A stretch of 64,000 bases of DNA, from NCBI GenBank assembly GCA_965243135.1, contig OZ251539.1:4576001-4640000 (forward strand). Direction: 5' to 3'. Numbering within the stretch: the stretch's first letter is position 1; each line of letters opens with the position of its first letter. The notes below the pieces were generated by a model that did not search any database, was not told where the DNA came from, and saw only the letters and a program-made list of their open reading frames with translations. The stretch is from Alphaproteobacteria bacterium (GTDB lineage Bacteria > Pseudomonadota > Alphaproteobacteria > MPNO01 > UBA830). Made by a program: the position numbers and the translations under genes. Positions 32,776 to 43,543 of the stretch are shown here, piece after piece.

Positions 32776-33704
32776 AAATCATCGCGTGCAACAGCAACCG
32801 CCCGCTGTCGGAGGCGATCGCCGCCTACCTTTCCCTGCCGCTCACGGACGCGAGCGTCCGGCGTTTCTCCGACATGGAATGCTTCGTCGAAATCCGGGAA
32901 AACGTTCGCGGCGAGGACGTGTTCGTCGTCCAGTCCACCTCTTATCCCGCCAACGACAATCTGATGGAGCTTCTGGTCGCCCTGGACGCCGCCCGGCGGG
33001 GCTCCGCGAGCCGGATCACGGCGGTGATCCCTTATTTCGGCTACGCAAGACAGGATCGCAAGTCGGGGCCGCGCACCCCGATCTCGGCCAAGCTGGTCGC
33101 CAACCTGATCACCGTCGCGGGCGCCGACCGCGTCCTCACCATGGATCTGCACGCCGGGCAGATACAGGGCTTCTTCGACATCCCTCTCGACAACCTGTTC
33201 GCCGCGCCGGTGTTCACTCCCGACATCGAGCGGAATTTCGGCGGCGAGGACCGCATCATCGTGTCGCCCGACGTCGGCGGCGTGGTGCGCGCCCGCGCGT
33301 ACGCGAAACGCCTCGACGCGGGACTCGCCATAATCGACAAGCGCCGCGAGCGGGCCGGCGCGTCGGAAGTCATGCACATCATCGGCGACGTGCGGGACCG
33401 CACCTGCATCCTCGTGGACGACATCGTGGATTCCGGGGGGACGGTGTGCAACGCGGCCGAAGCCCTGATGAACAACGGCGCGAAGGCGGTCCATGCGTAC
33501 ATCACGCACGGCGTTCTGTCGGGCGGCGCGGTCAGCCGCGTTTCCGCGGCCCCTCTGGCCAGCATGGTCATCACCGATTCCATCCTGGGCACCGAGGCGG
33601 TGCGCGTCGCGGAAAACGTGAAGCAGATCTCCATCGCGCCGCTCATGGGCGAGGCGATCGACCGCATCAGCGGATCGCGATCCGTTTCGAGCCTGTTTGA
33701 CTAG
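32772..33704 (+). CDS. prs: Ribose-phosphate pyrophosphokinase
   Basis: [39 protein letters not shown]. Confidence 0.98.
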   Translation: MKIIACNSNRPLSEAIAAYLSLPLTDASVRRFSDMECFVEIRENVRGEDVFVVQSTSYPANDNLMELLVALDAARRGSASRITAVIPYFGYARQDRKSGPRTPISAKLVANLITVAGADRVLTMDLHAGQIQGFFDIPLDNLFAAPVFTPDIERNFGGEDRIIVSPDVGGVVRARAYAKRLDAGLAIIDKRRERAGASEVMHIIGDVRDRTCILVDDIVDSGGTVCNAAEALMNNGAKAVHAYITHGVLSGGAVSRVSAAPLASMVITDSILGTEAVRVAENVKQISIAPLMGEAIDRISGSRSVSSLFD

Positions 33705-33815
33705 CGCTCGTCAAGTCGCTAAACACCGCTGTCCCGGTTGGCGGCGCGACCGAGCGCCGGACGGGAGTCGCCGCGCAGGCGCGAAGGCGGCCGGCGCGTT
33801 TACGGGAGACGTTTC

Positions 33816-34466
33816 ATGGTCGAGACAATCTCCGCCTTGCCGCGGGAAGCCCGAGGCAAGGGCGGCGCGCGGCGCATCCGCCGGGAGGGCAGGATCCCCG
33901 CCGTCATCTACGGCAACAAGCAGGAGCCGGTCACGCTGTCGCTGGAAAGCCGCCGCCTCGCGCAAGCGCTCGGCAACCCGCAATTCTTCATCCAGCTCGT
34001 CGACGTCGAACTCGAAGGACAGAAGCACCGGGTGCTCCCGCGCGAGATCCAGTATCATCCGGTTTCCGACGCGCCGCTGCACGTGGACTTCCTGCGCTTC
34101 GATCCGAACCGCAGGATCGCCGTCGCGGTGCCGGTGCGCTTCGAGGGCGAGAAGGACAGCCCCGGCATCAAGCGCGGGGGCATCCTCAACATCGTCCGCC
34201 ACGAAGTCGAGGTGAACTGCACGGCGGACAACATCCCTCCGGAAATCGTCCTGGACCTCTCGGGGCTGGAAATCGGCGACTCCCTCCACGCGAGCGCCGT
34301 CACCTTGCCGGAGGAGGTCGAATTCGTCATCTCCGACCGCGACTTCACGATCGCCACCATAGCTTCGCCGGCCGTCCTCGTAGAGGAGACGGAAGAAGAG
34401 GCGGAAGGCGAGGAAGAGGCCGGGCAGGCCGACGAAGAGTCGGCCGAGGACGGCGCCGGCGACTGA
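33816..34466 (+). CDS. rplY: 50S ribosomal protein L25/Ctc
   Basis: GKGGARR.RR.G.IPAVIYG, Q.HPV....HVDF, PGIKRGG, acidic tail. Confidence 0.96.
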   Translation: MVETISALPREARGKGGARRIRREGRIPAVIYGNKQEPVTLSLESRRLAQALGNPQFFIQLVDVELEGQKHRVLPREIQYHPVSDAPLHVDFLRFDPNRRIAVAVPVRFEGEKDSPGIKRGGILNIVRHEVEVNCTADNIPPEIVLDLSGLEIGDSLHASAVTLPEEVEFVISDRDFTIATIASPAVLVEETEEEAEGEEEAGQADEESAEDGAGD

Positions 34467-34471
34467 ACGCC

Positions 34472-35059
34472 GTGCTGATCATTGCCGGGCTCGGAAACCC
34501 AGGTCCGGAACATGCGCGCCACCGCCACAACATCGGCTTCATGGCGGCGGACGAAATAATCCGCCGCTACGGCCTGTCCCTTCGCAAGTCCCGTCACCAC
34601 GCCTACGTCGCCGACGGACAGGTCGACGGCCGGAAGATCCTGCTTCTCAAGCCCAAAACGTTCATGAACGATTCGGGCAGGGCCGTCGGAGCCGCCGCGA
34701 GGTATCACAAGCTCAAGGCGCGCGACGTCGTGGCGATCTACGACGAACTCGACCTCAAGCCGGGCAAGGTGCGGGTCCGGACGGGCGGAGGGCATGCAGG
34801 ACATAACGGAATCCGCAGCCTGATCTCCCACATCGGCCCCGATTTCAGGCGGGTCCGGATCGGCATCGGCCACCCGGGCGACAAGCGGAAAGTTTACCGC
34901 TACGTGCTGTCGGACCTGTCCGCGGCGGACCGGGAATGGGCCGAACCCGTGCTCGAAGCCGTCGCCGACAGCCTGCCGCTGCTCGTCGCGGGCGACGACC
35001 CCGGTTTCATGACGCGGGTCGCCCGGCTGTCGCCGCCGCCGAACGAAGGCGAGGATTGA
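34472..35059 (+). CDS. pth: Peptidyl-tRNA hydrolase
   Basis: GLGNPG, RHNIGF, KPKTFMNDSG, GHNGIRS, RIGIGHP. Confidence 0.97.
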   Translation: MLIIAGLGNPGPEHARHRHNIGFMAADEIIRRYGLSLRKSRHHAYVADGQVDGRKILLLKPKTFMNDSGRAVGAAARYHKLKARDVVAIYDELDLKPGKVRVRTGGGHAGHNGIRSLISHIGPDFRRVRIGIGHPGDKRKVYRYVLSDLSAADREWAEPVLEAVADSLPLLVAGDDPGFMTRVARLSPPPNEGED

Positions 35060-36159
35060 TGGGCTTCAAGTGCGGCATCGTCGGCCTCCCCAACGTCGGC
35101 AAGTCGACCCTGTTCAACGCGCTGACGGCGACGGCGGCGGCCGAGGCGGCGAATTACCCGTTCTGCACCGTGGAACCCAATTCCGGACGGGTGACGGTGC
35201 GAGACGACCGGCTGGACGAAATCGCCGACCTCGCGAACTCCGCGGCCGTCGTTCCCGCGCAAATCGAGTTCGTCGACATCGCCGGCCTGGTGTCTGGAGC
35301 GAGCCGGGGAGAGGGGTTGGGCAACCGGTTCCTGGGACACATCAGGGAAGTCGACGCGATCGCCCATGTCCTGCGCTGCTTCGAGGACGGCGCGATCACC
35401 CACGTGTCGGGCCGCGTCGATCCTCTGGCCGACGCGGAAATCGTCGACACCGAGCTTCTCCTCGCCGATCTCGAGAGTCTCGAACGGCGGCGGGAGCCGC
35501 TGATCAAGAAGGCGCGAGGCGGCGACGGACACGCCCGGGCGACGCTGGCTCTGGTCGAACGAACGGCGGCGGCGCTCGGCGACGGTCAGCCCGCGCGCGC
35601 TCTCGCCGTTTCCGAAGAGGAGGCGCCCCTGTTTCGGCAGATGCAGCTTCTGACGGCGCGGCCCGTCATGTTCGTCTGCAATGTCGACGAAGCGGCGGCG
35701 GCTTCGGGCAACGCGCTGTCCGACGGAGTCGCCCGGTTCGCCTCCCGGCGAAACGCGGCTTGCGTCGCGATCTCGGCGGCGATCGAGGCCGAACTGGCGC
35801 AGCTCGAAGACCCCGAGGAACGGCGCGAATTCATGGACGGCCTCGGTTTCGAGAAAACCGGTCTGGAACGGGTCGTACGGGCCGGATACGGGCTGCTCGG
35901 CCTGATTACCTTTTTTACGGCCGGTCCCCGCGAGGCGCGCGCCTGGACGATTCCCGAGGGCGCCACGGCCGTCGAAGCGGCGGCCCTCATTCATACCGAC
36001 TTCGCCCGCGGCTTCATTTGCGCGGAGACCGTTTCCTGCGACGATTACCTGGCTCACGGCGGCGAGAGGCCCGCGCGGGAAGCGGGCCGAATGCGCCAGG
36101 AAGGCCGCGACTACAAGATCCGCGACGGCGACACGATCCTTTTCCGCTTCAACGTCTGA
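35059..36159 (+). CDS. ychF: Redox-regulated ATPase YchF
   Basis: GIVGLPNVGKSTLFNAL, ANYPFCT, DIAGLV, GEGLGN.FL. Confidence 0.97.
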   Translation: MGFKCGIVGLPNVGKSTLFNALTATAAAEAANYPFCTVEPNSGRVTVRDDRLDEIADLANSAAVVPAQIEFVDIAGLVSGASRGEGLGNRFLGHIREVDAIAHVLRCFEDGAITHVSGRVDPLADAEIVDTELLLADLESLERRREPLIKKARGGDGHARATLALVERTAAALGDGQPARALAVSEEEAPLFRQMQLLTARPVMFVCNVDEAAAASGNALSDGVARFASRRNAACVAISAAIEAELAQLEDPEERREFMDGLGFEKTGLERVVRAGYGLLGLITFFTAGPREARAWTIPEGATAVEAAALIHTDFARGFICAETVSCDDYLAHGGERPAREAGRMRQEGRDYKIRDGDTILFRFNV

Positions 36160-36224
36160 CGCTAGATTGCCGGTCCGGGCCGGGGACGAGGCCCTCGGCG
36201 CCAAACACCAAGAAAGGAAAGCAT

Positions 36225-36899
36225 ATGGGACAGACGATTTCGCTCACCGCGGCCGACGGCCACGCGCTCGACGCCTACAAGGCATCGCCCTCGGGCGCTC
36301 CCAAGGGAGGACTGGTCGTGATCCAGGAGATCTTCGGCATCAACGGCCAGATCCGCAGGACGGTCGATCACTTCGCCGGCGAGGGCTACGCGGCGGTCGC
36401 GCCGGCGCTGTTCGACCGCGTCGAAAAGGGCGTCGAGCTGGGATACAACGAGGACGACTTCGCGAAGGGCCGCGAGACGCGCGGAAAGATCACCGACGCC
36501 TGGATCGCGGCCGACGTCGGCGCCGCGGCTCGGGAAGTCTCGTCCGCCGGCAAGGTCGGCGTCATCGGCTTCTGCTTCGGCGGCTACGCCGCCTACGTCG
36601 CCGCCTGCACCGTGGACGGCGTGTCGGCGGCGATGCCGTTCTACGGCGGCGGCATCGCGGCCAAGGTCGGCGAAATGAAGCCCAAATGCCCGACGCAGTT
36701 CCACTTCGGCGACAAGGACGCGGCGATCCCCCTGGACGACCTCCAGAAAATCAGGGACGCCCTGCAGGACTGCCCGCTCTACGTCTACGACGACTCCGGC
36801 CACGGCTTCACCTGCGACGACCGGGACGCGTTCAATCCCGGCGCGACCGAACGCGCCTATGCGCGCGCCCTCGACTGGATGAGCCGGCACGCGACATGA
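36225..36899 (+). CDS. Dienelactone hydrolase family protein
   Basis: VIQEIFG, GFCFGG, FYGGGI, HFG..D, GHGF. Confidence 0.93.
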   Translation: MGQTISLTAADGHALDAYKASPSGAPKGGLVVIQEIFGINGQIRRTVDHFAGEGYAAVAPALFDRVEKGVELGYNEDDFAKGRETRGKITDAWIAADVGAAAREVSSAGKVGVIGFCFGGYAAYVAACTVDGVSAAMPFYGGGIAAKVGEMKPKCPTQFHFGDKDAAIPLDDLQKIRDALQDCPLYVYDDSGHGFTCDDRDAFNPGATERAYARALDWMSRHAT

Positions 36900-36918
36900 A
36901 CGCGGCCGCCTGAGTTTA

Positions 36919-36943
36919 CGGCCCCCTCCCGCGGAGGGGGCCG
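36919..36943. terminator. GC-rich hairpin between convergent genes
   Basis: CGGCCCCCTCC-CGC-GGAGGGGGCCG; lacks a clear U-tract. Confidence 0.4.
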
Positions 36944-36950
36944 CCCCGCG

Positions 36951-38963
36951 CTATCGCGGCGCGGCGGCAATGTTGCCGCCGTCGACGGTCATGACCGCGC
37001 CCGTCGTCTTTTTCGCCATGGCGAGGCCGACGAAAGCCTGCGCAACGTCTTCCGCAGTCACTTCCGTTCCCAACAGATTCCCCGACATGTACTCGGCTTC
37101 GCTCACGCCCCGCGCCGCCGCTCTCGACACGATCATGCCGTCGGTCAGCAGCCCCGATCTGATGCGGTCCGCGTTGACGGCATTGGAGCGGATGCCGTCG
37201 GCGCCGTGATCGAGCGCGTATTGCCGCGAGAGAAACAGCGTCGAAGCCTTGGGCAGTCCGTAAGGCCCGAAATCGCGGCCGGGGGAAACGGCCTGCTTGG
37301 ACGCATTGAACAGCAGCGCGCCGCCGGTGCCCTGCGCTTTCATGATCGCGACAGCGGCCTGCGCGCAGCGTTGATGGCCCCAGAAGTTCAGCTCGAAACT
37401 CCGGCGCAGGATTTTCTCGTCGACATCGCCGATGCGTCCCTGCCACGCGGCTCCGGCATTGGAAACCAGAACGTCGATCCCGCCGTAGGCGCGGCAGACG
37501 GCGGCGAACGCGGATTTTACGGACGGCCCCCGCGTCACGTCGCAATGCACGGCGAGACCGTCGACTTCCCCGGCGGCCGCTTTCGCCGCTTCGCGGTCGT
37601 TATCCAGAACCGCCACTTCGGCTCCGGCGCGGGCGAACGCGGCCACGGTCGCTCGGCCGATGCCGGATCCTCCGCCGGTCACCGCGACGACATGCCGCGC
37701 AAGCGGTTTTTCCGCCGCTTTGCCGAGCTTCGCCTGCTCCAGCGACCAATACTCGACATCGAAGATGTCGCGCTCGGAAATGCTTTCGTACCGGCCCACC
37801 CGCTCGGCATCGACGGTCACGCGGGCCGTGGTTTCCGCGAGATCGGCGGCGATCCGCGCCTCCCGCGCCGACTTTCCGAGTCCGAAGAGGCCGAGGCCGG
37901 GCGCCAGAACGACCCGCGGCATCGGGTCGAGCGGACGCTTGTCCTTGCGCCGGTCGTTGCGCCTGAAATACTTTTGGTAGTCGCGAGCGTAGTCAGCGAC
38001 CGCTCCGCGGATCGCGGCGAGGTTCGGCGGCAGGATCAGGGGTTTCGGCTTGGTCCGGATCACGTGATCGGGAGTCGCCGGACCGGCCGCGGCGTACCGC
38101 CCTAAATCGCTTCCATCGACGTATTCGCGAACGGACTTCGAGTCGCGAAATTCGAGGATCAGGCGACGCCAGTCGCCGTCCATGCGTTCCGCGACGGCCC
38201 CCCTGAGGACGGGAGCGAGATCTTCGACCGGCGCCGCCGACCGGCGCGGGCGCGCGGGCGGCATGGCTTTCGGAGCTCGCGCGACGCGGCGTTCCGCGAC
38301 CGCCACCAGATCGATCATGCGTTCGTACGACTCGCGGGCGGTTTCGCCGAAGGAGAATATTCCGTGCTTGACGAGAATCAGGCCTTCGACGTCCGGCCGC
38401 TCTTCCAGAACGCGCGCGCATTCCAGGGCCAGCGCAAAGCCCGGCATGACGTAGGGGACCGGAGCGGCCAGCGGCCCGAAGAGATCCCTGCAGCGCGCTT
38501 CGGCCTCCGGCTGGTCGGTTACGGCGAGAATCGCATCCGCATGCGTATGGTCGACGAACTTGTGCGGCAGAAAGGCATGCAACAGGGTTTCGATGGAGGG
38601 GTTCGGCGCGGACGAATCCAGCAACGCGCCGCGTTGAACGTTGATCATGTCCTCGTCCGACAACGCCTTCAGTCGGCGCAGCCTGAGCAGCGCGTCCATC
38701 CGCACCGCAGGAAGCCCGGCGGGTTCGATTTCGGCCAGATCCCAGCCGGAGCCCTTGACGCAGAGAACGTCCGTTTCCTCGCCGGCGGCGTCCGTCATGC
38801 GGGTCTTTACCGAGGTATTGCCGCCGCCGTGCAGCACGAGGCGTCCGTCGCGCCCCAGCAACCGCGAGGAATACACTCGCATCGCGACGTCTCCAGCCAC
38901 GCCCCTGGCGGCATAGTCGCGCGTCAGAGCGTCCGCATCCCTTTCCGACCACCTGCTTTTCAT
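36951..38963 (-). CDS. Bifunctional class II aldolase / short-chain dehydrogenase (RhaD-like fusion family)
   Basis: GGGNTSVK, KGSGWDL, PSIETLLH, VDHTHAD, KHG; C-terminal SDR TGGGSGIG, SNAG, YGLPK, VDGG. Confidence 0.92.
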   Translation of the reverse strand: MKSRWSERDADALTRDYAARGVAGDVAMRVYSSRLLGRDGRLVLHGGGNTSVKTRMTDAAGEETDVLCVKGSGWDLAEIEPAGLPAVRMDALLRLRRLKALSDEDMINVQRGALLDSSAPNPSIETLLHAFLPHKFVDHTHADAILAVTDQPEAEARCRDLFGPLAAPVPYVMPGFALALECARVLEERPDVEGLILVKHGIFSFGETARESYERMIDLVAVAERRVARAPKAMPPARPRRSAAPVEDLAPVLRGAVAERMDGDWRRLILEFRDSKSVREYVDGSDLGRYAAAGPATPDHVIRTKPKPLILPPNLAAIRGAVADYARDYQKYFRRNDRRKDKRPLDPMPRVVLAPGLGLFGLGKSAREARIAADLAETTARVTVDAERVGRYESISERDIFDVEYWSLEQAKLGKAAEKPLARHVVAVTGGGSGIGRATVAAFARAGAEVAVLDNDREAAKAAAGEVDGLAVHCDVTRGPSVKSAFAAVCRAYGGIDVLVSNAGAAWQGRIGDVDEKILRRSFELNFWGHQRCAQAAVAIMKAQGTGGALLFNASKQAVSPGRDFGPYGLPKASTLFLSRQYALDHGADGIRSNAVNADRIRSGLLTDGMIVSRAAARGVSEAEYMSGNLLGTEVTAEDVAQAFVGLAMAKKTTGAVMTVDGGNIAAAPR

Positions 38964-39370
38964 AAACTTCAAAGCCTCGCTTCTCCGCCTGCGCCGCCAA
39001 TCGGCTCCTTTCCCGTTACGGATCGAGAAAACCGCCGTACTCTACAAGCTTCCAAGCTCTTCTGCGCCGATTTCACGCAGTATTTCCACATTTCCTCATC
39101 GCGCCGATCGTTCTCCAGCCTTGCGAGCCGCTTTGATCGCTCGCTGTCCATGGTTTCGAACGAGCCTCATGTCACGGACTTGGAAGATCTTTCGCTCCAA
39201 GAGGGCCGCGCAGCGGTCCGACCGTCGGCAATCAGCCGGGAACTTTCCGGGAACGTCCACGGTTGACAGGCGGGTTCCCGGAGATGGGCGAGCCTCATCG
39301 CCTTGAAATCTTCGCGCAGTTCTCGGAGAAATTCAGGTTGTGGTATATATTGAGCACGCACAAGCTAGCC

Positions 39371-41737
39371 CTGCCTGTGCCCCATAAAGATTTTTCTGGA
39401 CTCTGGCCAGCCGATTCGCTACGGTGCCCGGCATGGAGTTCCAGAATCAGGTTCGGCAAAGCCTCCGGAACGATTTTGCGCGCTTGCAAGGGGTGCTGGC
39501 GAACGGGGTTTTCACTCGCCGCAGCGAGGTCGCGGATCGCGTGTGCGAAGCATTCGGGTTTCGTGATGGGCTTGGCCGCCTGCAGCGAGCGGGCTGTCTG
39601 AAGGCGTTGGCGGAGTTTGAGGCGGCGGGACGGATTTCGCTGCCGTCGCCGACGCATTCCGGCGGTGGCGCGTGGCGCCCGCGACGTCTTGCGGAGCCGG
39701 TTCCTCCGCCGAAGAGCGTACCGGAGGAAGTCGGTGCGGTCGAGGGCCTGGAGTTGGTGCCGGTGACGGATGACGATCATCGCCTGGTATGGAACACGAT
39801 GCTGGAGGAGGAGCATCCACGCGGCGCCGGTCCACTGGTGGGCTGTCAGTTACGGTATCTGGTGGGGTCGGCGCATGGCTGGCTGGGGGCTGTCGGGTTC
39901 GCGGCGTCGGCGCACAGGCTCGAATGCCGCGACCGTTGGATAGGCTGGAGCGACGCAGGAAGGCGCGCTTGTTTGCACCGGGTCGTGTGCCTGTCGCGTT
40001 TTCTGGTCCGGCCCGGCGTCGAGTGCCGTAATCTTGCCTCGCATGTCTTGGGCGGCGTGGTCCGCAGGGTGGGAGACGATTTCGAGGCGCGCTACGGCTA
40101 CCGCCCGTATTTGCTGGAGACCTTCGTAGACCGGCATGCGGGAACGAGCTTTCAGGCGTCCAACTGGCACCGAATTGGCGAGACAGCCGGCCGGGGGCGA
40201 CAGGATCGGGAACATGCGGCAACGGAGACGCCGAAGGCTGTATATGTGTACGAATTGGATGCGGACTGGCAGGTGCGCATCCTGGAGCCGCGTGCGCCGC
40301 TTGCACCGTTGGAGGTCGGATCCGGTCTGGATCGGGAGAGTTGGGCGGAACAGGAGTTCGGCGGTGCGCCGCTGGGGGATGTGCGTCTGAGCGCGCGCCT
40401 GGTGACTTGTGCCCGATATCAGGCGGAAGCGCCGACGCAGGCGTTCACGTGCGCTGCGAGAGGGGGCCTTGATAAAGGCTTACTATCGCTTGATCGACAA
40501 GCCGGACAGTGATGCGGTGACGGTGGAGAACATCCTGCAGCCGCATCGGCGGCAGACGCTGCGGCGGATGCAGGGGGAGAAGACGGTGCTGTGCGTGCAG
40601 GACGGCAGCACGCTGAACTTCGCGAAGCGGGGGAAGACCGAGGGTTTGGGAATCATCGGTCGGAACCAGACCGGCGCCGGCACCCGAGGCCTGAACCTGC
40701 ACGCCACGGTCAACACGGAGGGGCTGCCGCTGGGGGTTCTGCGGGCGGCGTTCGATGCGCCGCAGCCGAGCGCGGAGAGGGACAAGCCCCGCGAGAAGAA
40801 GAAGTCGTACCGTTGGATTCAGGGCCTTCAGGACAGCGCCGAGGCTGCTTCTGCACTCGATGGCGTGCAGGTGGTCGGCGTCATGGACCGGGAGGCGGAC
40901 TTCGTCGACCTGTTCGTTGAGCGGCGCGAGCGGGCGCCGGGAGTGGAACTTCTGGTGCGGGCGAAGACGAACCGGGTTCTCGGCAAGGACGACACCGACA
41001 AGCTGTTCGACAAGGTGCGGAAAAGCCCGGTGCAGGGCAAGCGCGTCATCGAGGTCAAACGTCTGAGCGCACGCATAAAGGCAAGCAAGCAGGCCGCGAG
41101 GGCCGTGCGGCCGGAGCGCCAGGCCACGGTCGAACTGCGCTACCTCAAGGTCGAGTTGCCGGCGAAGGGCAAGAATCCCGTCGAGGCGACGATTGTGCAT
41201 GTCCGCGAGAAAGCTCCCCCGCCGGACGCCGGACGGCTGGAATGGTTCCTGCTGACGACGCTGCCGGTCGAGAGCGCCGAGGACGCCGAACGCATCCTGA
41301 CTTGGTATGGCCTGCGCTGGCGTATCGAAGATTATTTCAGGGTCCTGAAGTCCGGCTGCCGAGGACCTTGAGAATCGGACGGCCGAACGTCTTCAGCGTG
41401 CCGCCGCCATCAACATCGTCATCGCCTGGCGCATCCACCTGATGACCCGTCTCGGACGGGAACTGCCCGATCTGCCGCCTGAGATCCTGTTCTCGGACGT
41501 CGAACTCCGGGTGCTGGCGCTCCTCGCCAAATCTTGGCGCATGGCACCGCCGAAAAGCCTCGGAGACGCTGTCTTCCTGGTCGCCCGCCTCGGAGGGTAC
41601 TTCAAGCGCAAGCGTGATCCGCCAGGCGCGGAAGTGATGTGGAACGGCTACGCCCAACTCGCCGCCAAGGCGCATTTCCGGGAACTTGAGGATGAACACG
41701 GATGTTAGTCCAGCAAAACTTTATGGGGCACAGGCAG
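39371..41737 (+). mobile_element. IS4-family (IS50/Tn5-like) insertion sequence, 2367 bp
   Basis: Perfect 19-bp TIRs CTGCCTGTGCCCCATAAAG (39371-39389) and CTTTATGGGGCACAGGCAG (41719-41737); 8-bp TSD AGCTAGCC at 39363-39370 and 41738-41745. Confidence 0.93.
39433..41708 (+). pseudogene. Frameshifted DUF4338/DruA-like domain fused to an IS4 (Tn5-type) transposase
   Basis: N-terminal QLRYLV, RDRWIGW, SRFL, NLASHVL, LLETFVD, ASNW..IG.T.GRG; then Tn5-like WA.QEFG...LGD.RL, YYRL, VQDG, DREAD, WFLLTT, Y..RW.IE.YF..LKSGC, LGGY...DPPG..V.W.G; frame breaks near 40465 and 41360. Confidence 0.88.
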
Positions 41738-41859
41738 AGCTAGCCGTAACTCGAAAATCCTGCGATACGGATGTTCCGAATTCGTTCGATGTCGCTCGCA
41801 TACATCCATCAACTTGAGCATGAGCCAATGCCCCGCCCCGCTATGTCGAGCAGGACAGA

Positions 41860-42146
41860 ATGTTCGAGCGGGATCCCGTCAAGGCGGAAAGCAATCTGCG
41901 AAAACACAGCATCAAGTTCGACTGGCCGCAACGGTGTTCGAGGATCCGCTCTCGACGTCAATACGCGATGAGGACCGCGGCGGAATCGAGGAACAGTGGA
42001 TAACGATGGGAGAGGCTCGGAACTGTCAGCTACTGCTGGTGATCCATACCGACCGTCCAACGCTTGGCGGCGAACTTTCCGTGCGGATCATTTCGGCCCG
42101 CCGGGCCACCCGCAAAGAGCGGCGTCAATACGAGTCGGGCGAATGA
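41860..42146 (+). pseudogene. BrnT family toxin, frameshifted
   Basis: MFERDPVKAESNLRKHSIKF, then a 1-nt frame break near 41921, then LAATVFEDP...EEQWITMG...LLVIHT...VRIISARRATRKERRQYE. Confidence 0.85.
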
Positions 42147-42976
42147 AACGAGAATACGACTTTTCAGGAGGCGAACGCGGCCGGTACTGCGGCGAGGCCG
42201 CTGGCCTCCCCGCTTCCGACGAGAAACCGGACTGGGCGGGTCCCGAGGGCCCGCTTGGCGCGTTCATCGAGGATGAGGCGAAGAAGACCCTTGATGCCTA
42301 CAGGGCGCAGCCGAGCCTCGTCATCGAGCACGCCAACTTCGAACACGCCCATGGCGGGCATCGGCAACTGTTCGAACTCGTTCAAAACAGTGCGGACGCT
42401 TTGCTTGGCGCGCGGAAAGGGAAGAGCATCCTGATCCGCCTGACGAAAGGCTTCCTCTACTGCGCCGACGACGGAACGCCTATCGATGAAGACGGTGTCG
42501 TCGGAATCATGTTCGCTCACACGTCGAGCAAGCGGAACGCTGGTGCGATCGGCCGGTTCGGAATCGGTTTCAAATCCGTCCTGGGAGTGACCGATTCTCC
42601 CGAGTTCTATAGTCGACGGTGTTCTTTCCGTTTCGATAGGACGCGCGCAGAGGAACGGATAGCAACGGTCGCGCCTGCCGAGCGTTATCCCGTGCTGCGA
42701 TTGCCGGAGCCCATCGATCACCGCCGGGAGATGGACACAGACGAAGAATTGCGCGAATTGATGAGTTGGGCGACGAATGTTGTCCGCCTCCCGCTCAAAA
42801 CAGGGGCGCATAGCGATCTCGCTAAACAGATTCGAGACTTCCCGCCCGAGTTTCTGCTTTTCGTCGATCACGTTCGCTACTTGACCCTTGAGGATGGAGA
42901 GTTTTCCCAAGATCTTATCTTGCATCGCCAAGAGGGCGAACTGCTGCTCGACACGGGGGCAGATCTATTTTTGTAA
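42143..42976 (+). pseudogene. BrnA-like N-terminal peptide fused to a sacsin-type GHKL ATPase domain; 3'-truncated
   Basis: MKREYDFSGGERGRY start with ATGA overlap on brnT; ELVQNSADA, ADDG, IGRFGIGFKSV, VRLPL, EFLLF; ends abruptly at the IS end near 42959. Confidence 0.78.
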
Positions 42977-43440
42977 AACCTTGTTTTTGTTCCGAAAAGC
43001 GATTTCGTGACAAAATCCCGTTCTGGGCGCGGATTCTGGCCAGCGAGCTGGGGAGACAAAAAGGGATGCTCTGGACCGCGCGGCAGAATGTTGGCCCCCA
43101 ACATCATCCTCATGTCAGTCTCGCAGCTCCGTTTGTCCCTTTCGGGGTTCCAGGGGCCGCCGAGGCGCCTTCGCGGCCCTCGTCGACGAAGGACCCGGAC
43201 GAGGGGATCCCGAGGCGTTCGCTGCCGTCGGGCTGCACCAGAAACTCCTCGGTCGCACGGTGCTCGGTAAGTGCGCCGAAGGACGAGAACGACGATCCGA
43301 CGGTCGGGTTTTCTACCGGTCCACCAGAGCGACTTCGAAAACCCGCACTGCCGGTCACGTTCTCCCGTTCGTTGCGCCGCTCGCCGGGAAGCCCGTCGTT
43401 CTCGCCGGTCGACGAAAGCCTGGGCCTGTTCGACAATATC
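42956..43440 (+). mobile_element. ISKra4-like element: probable left end and decayed N-terminal transposase fragment
   Basis: End motif GCAGATCTATTTTTGTAAAACC (42959-42980) resembles the motif at 46747-46769; broken peptides DGRVFYR and PVTFSRS...PSFSPVDESLGL. Confidence 0.5.
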
Positions 43441-43543
43441 CGTTCAAGACGCCGAACCAGCGACCGGTTGGCGCTACGTCGCGACGCCCAAAAACCAACT
43501 ATCTCAGGCTGACGGTTGCTCGACCACCGGTCAGGCGCAGCGT

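Noticed and set aside
38973-39362. Gene interrupted by the IS4 element
   Set aside because: Joining the flanks across the TSD gave only short minus-strand ORFs with no recognisable motif; probably eroded DNA
39433-40300. Druantia defence system
   Set aside because: The DruA-like domain lies inside IS ends, fused to a transposase; no druB-E genes are present
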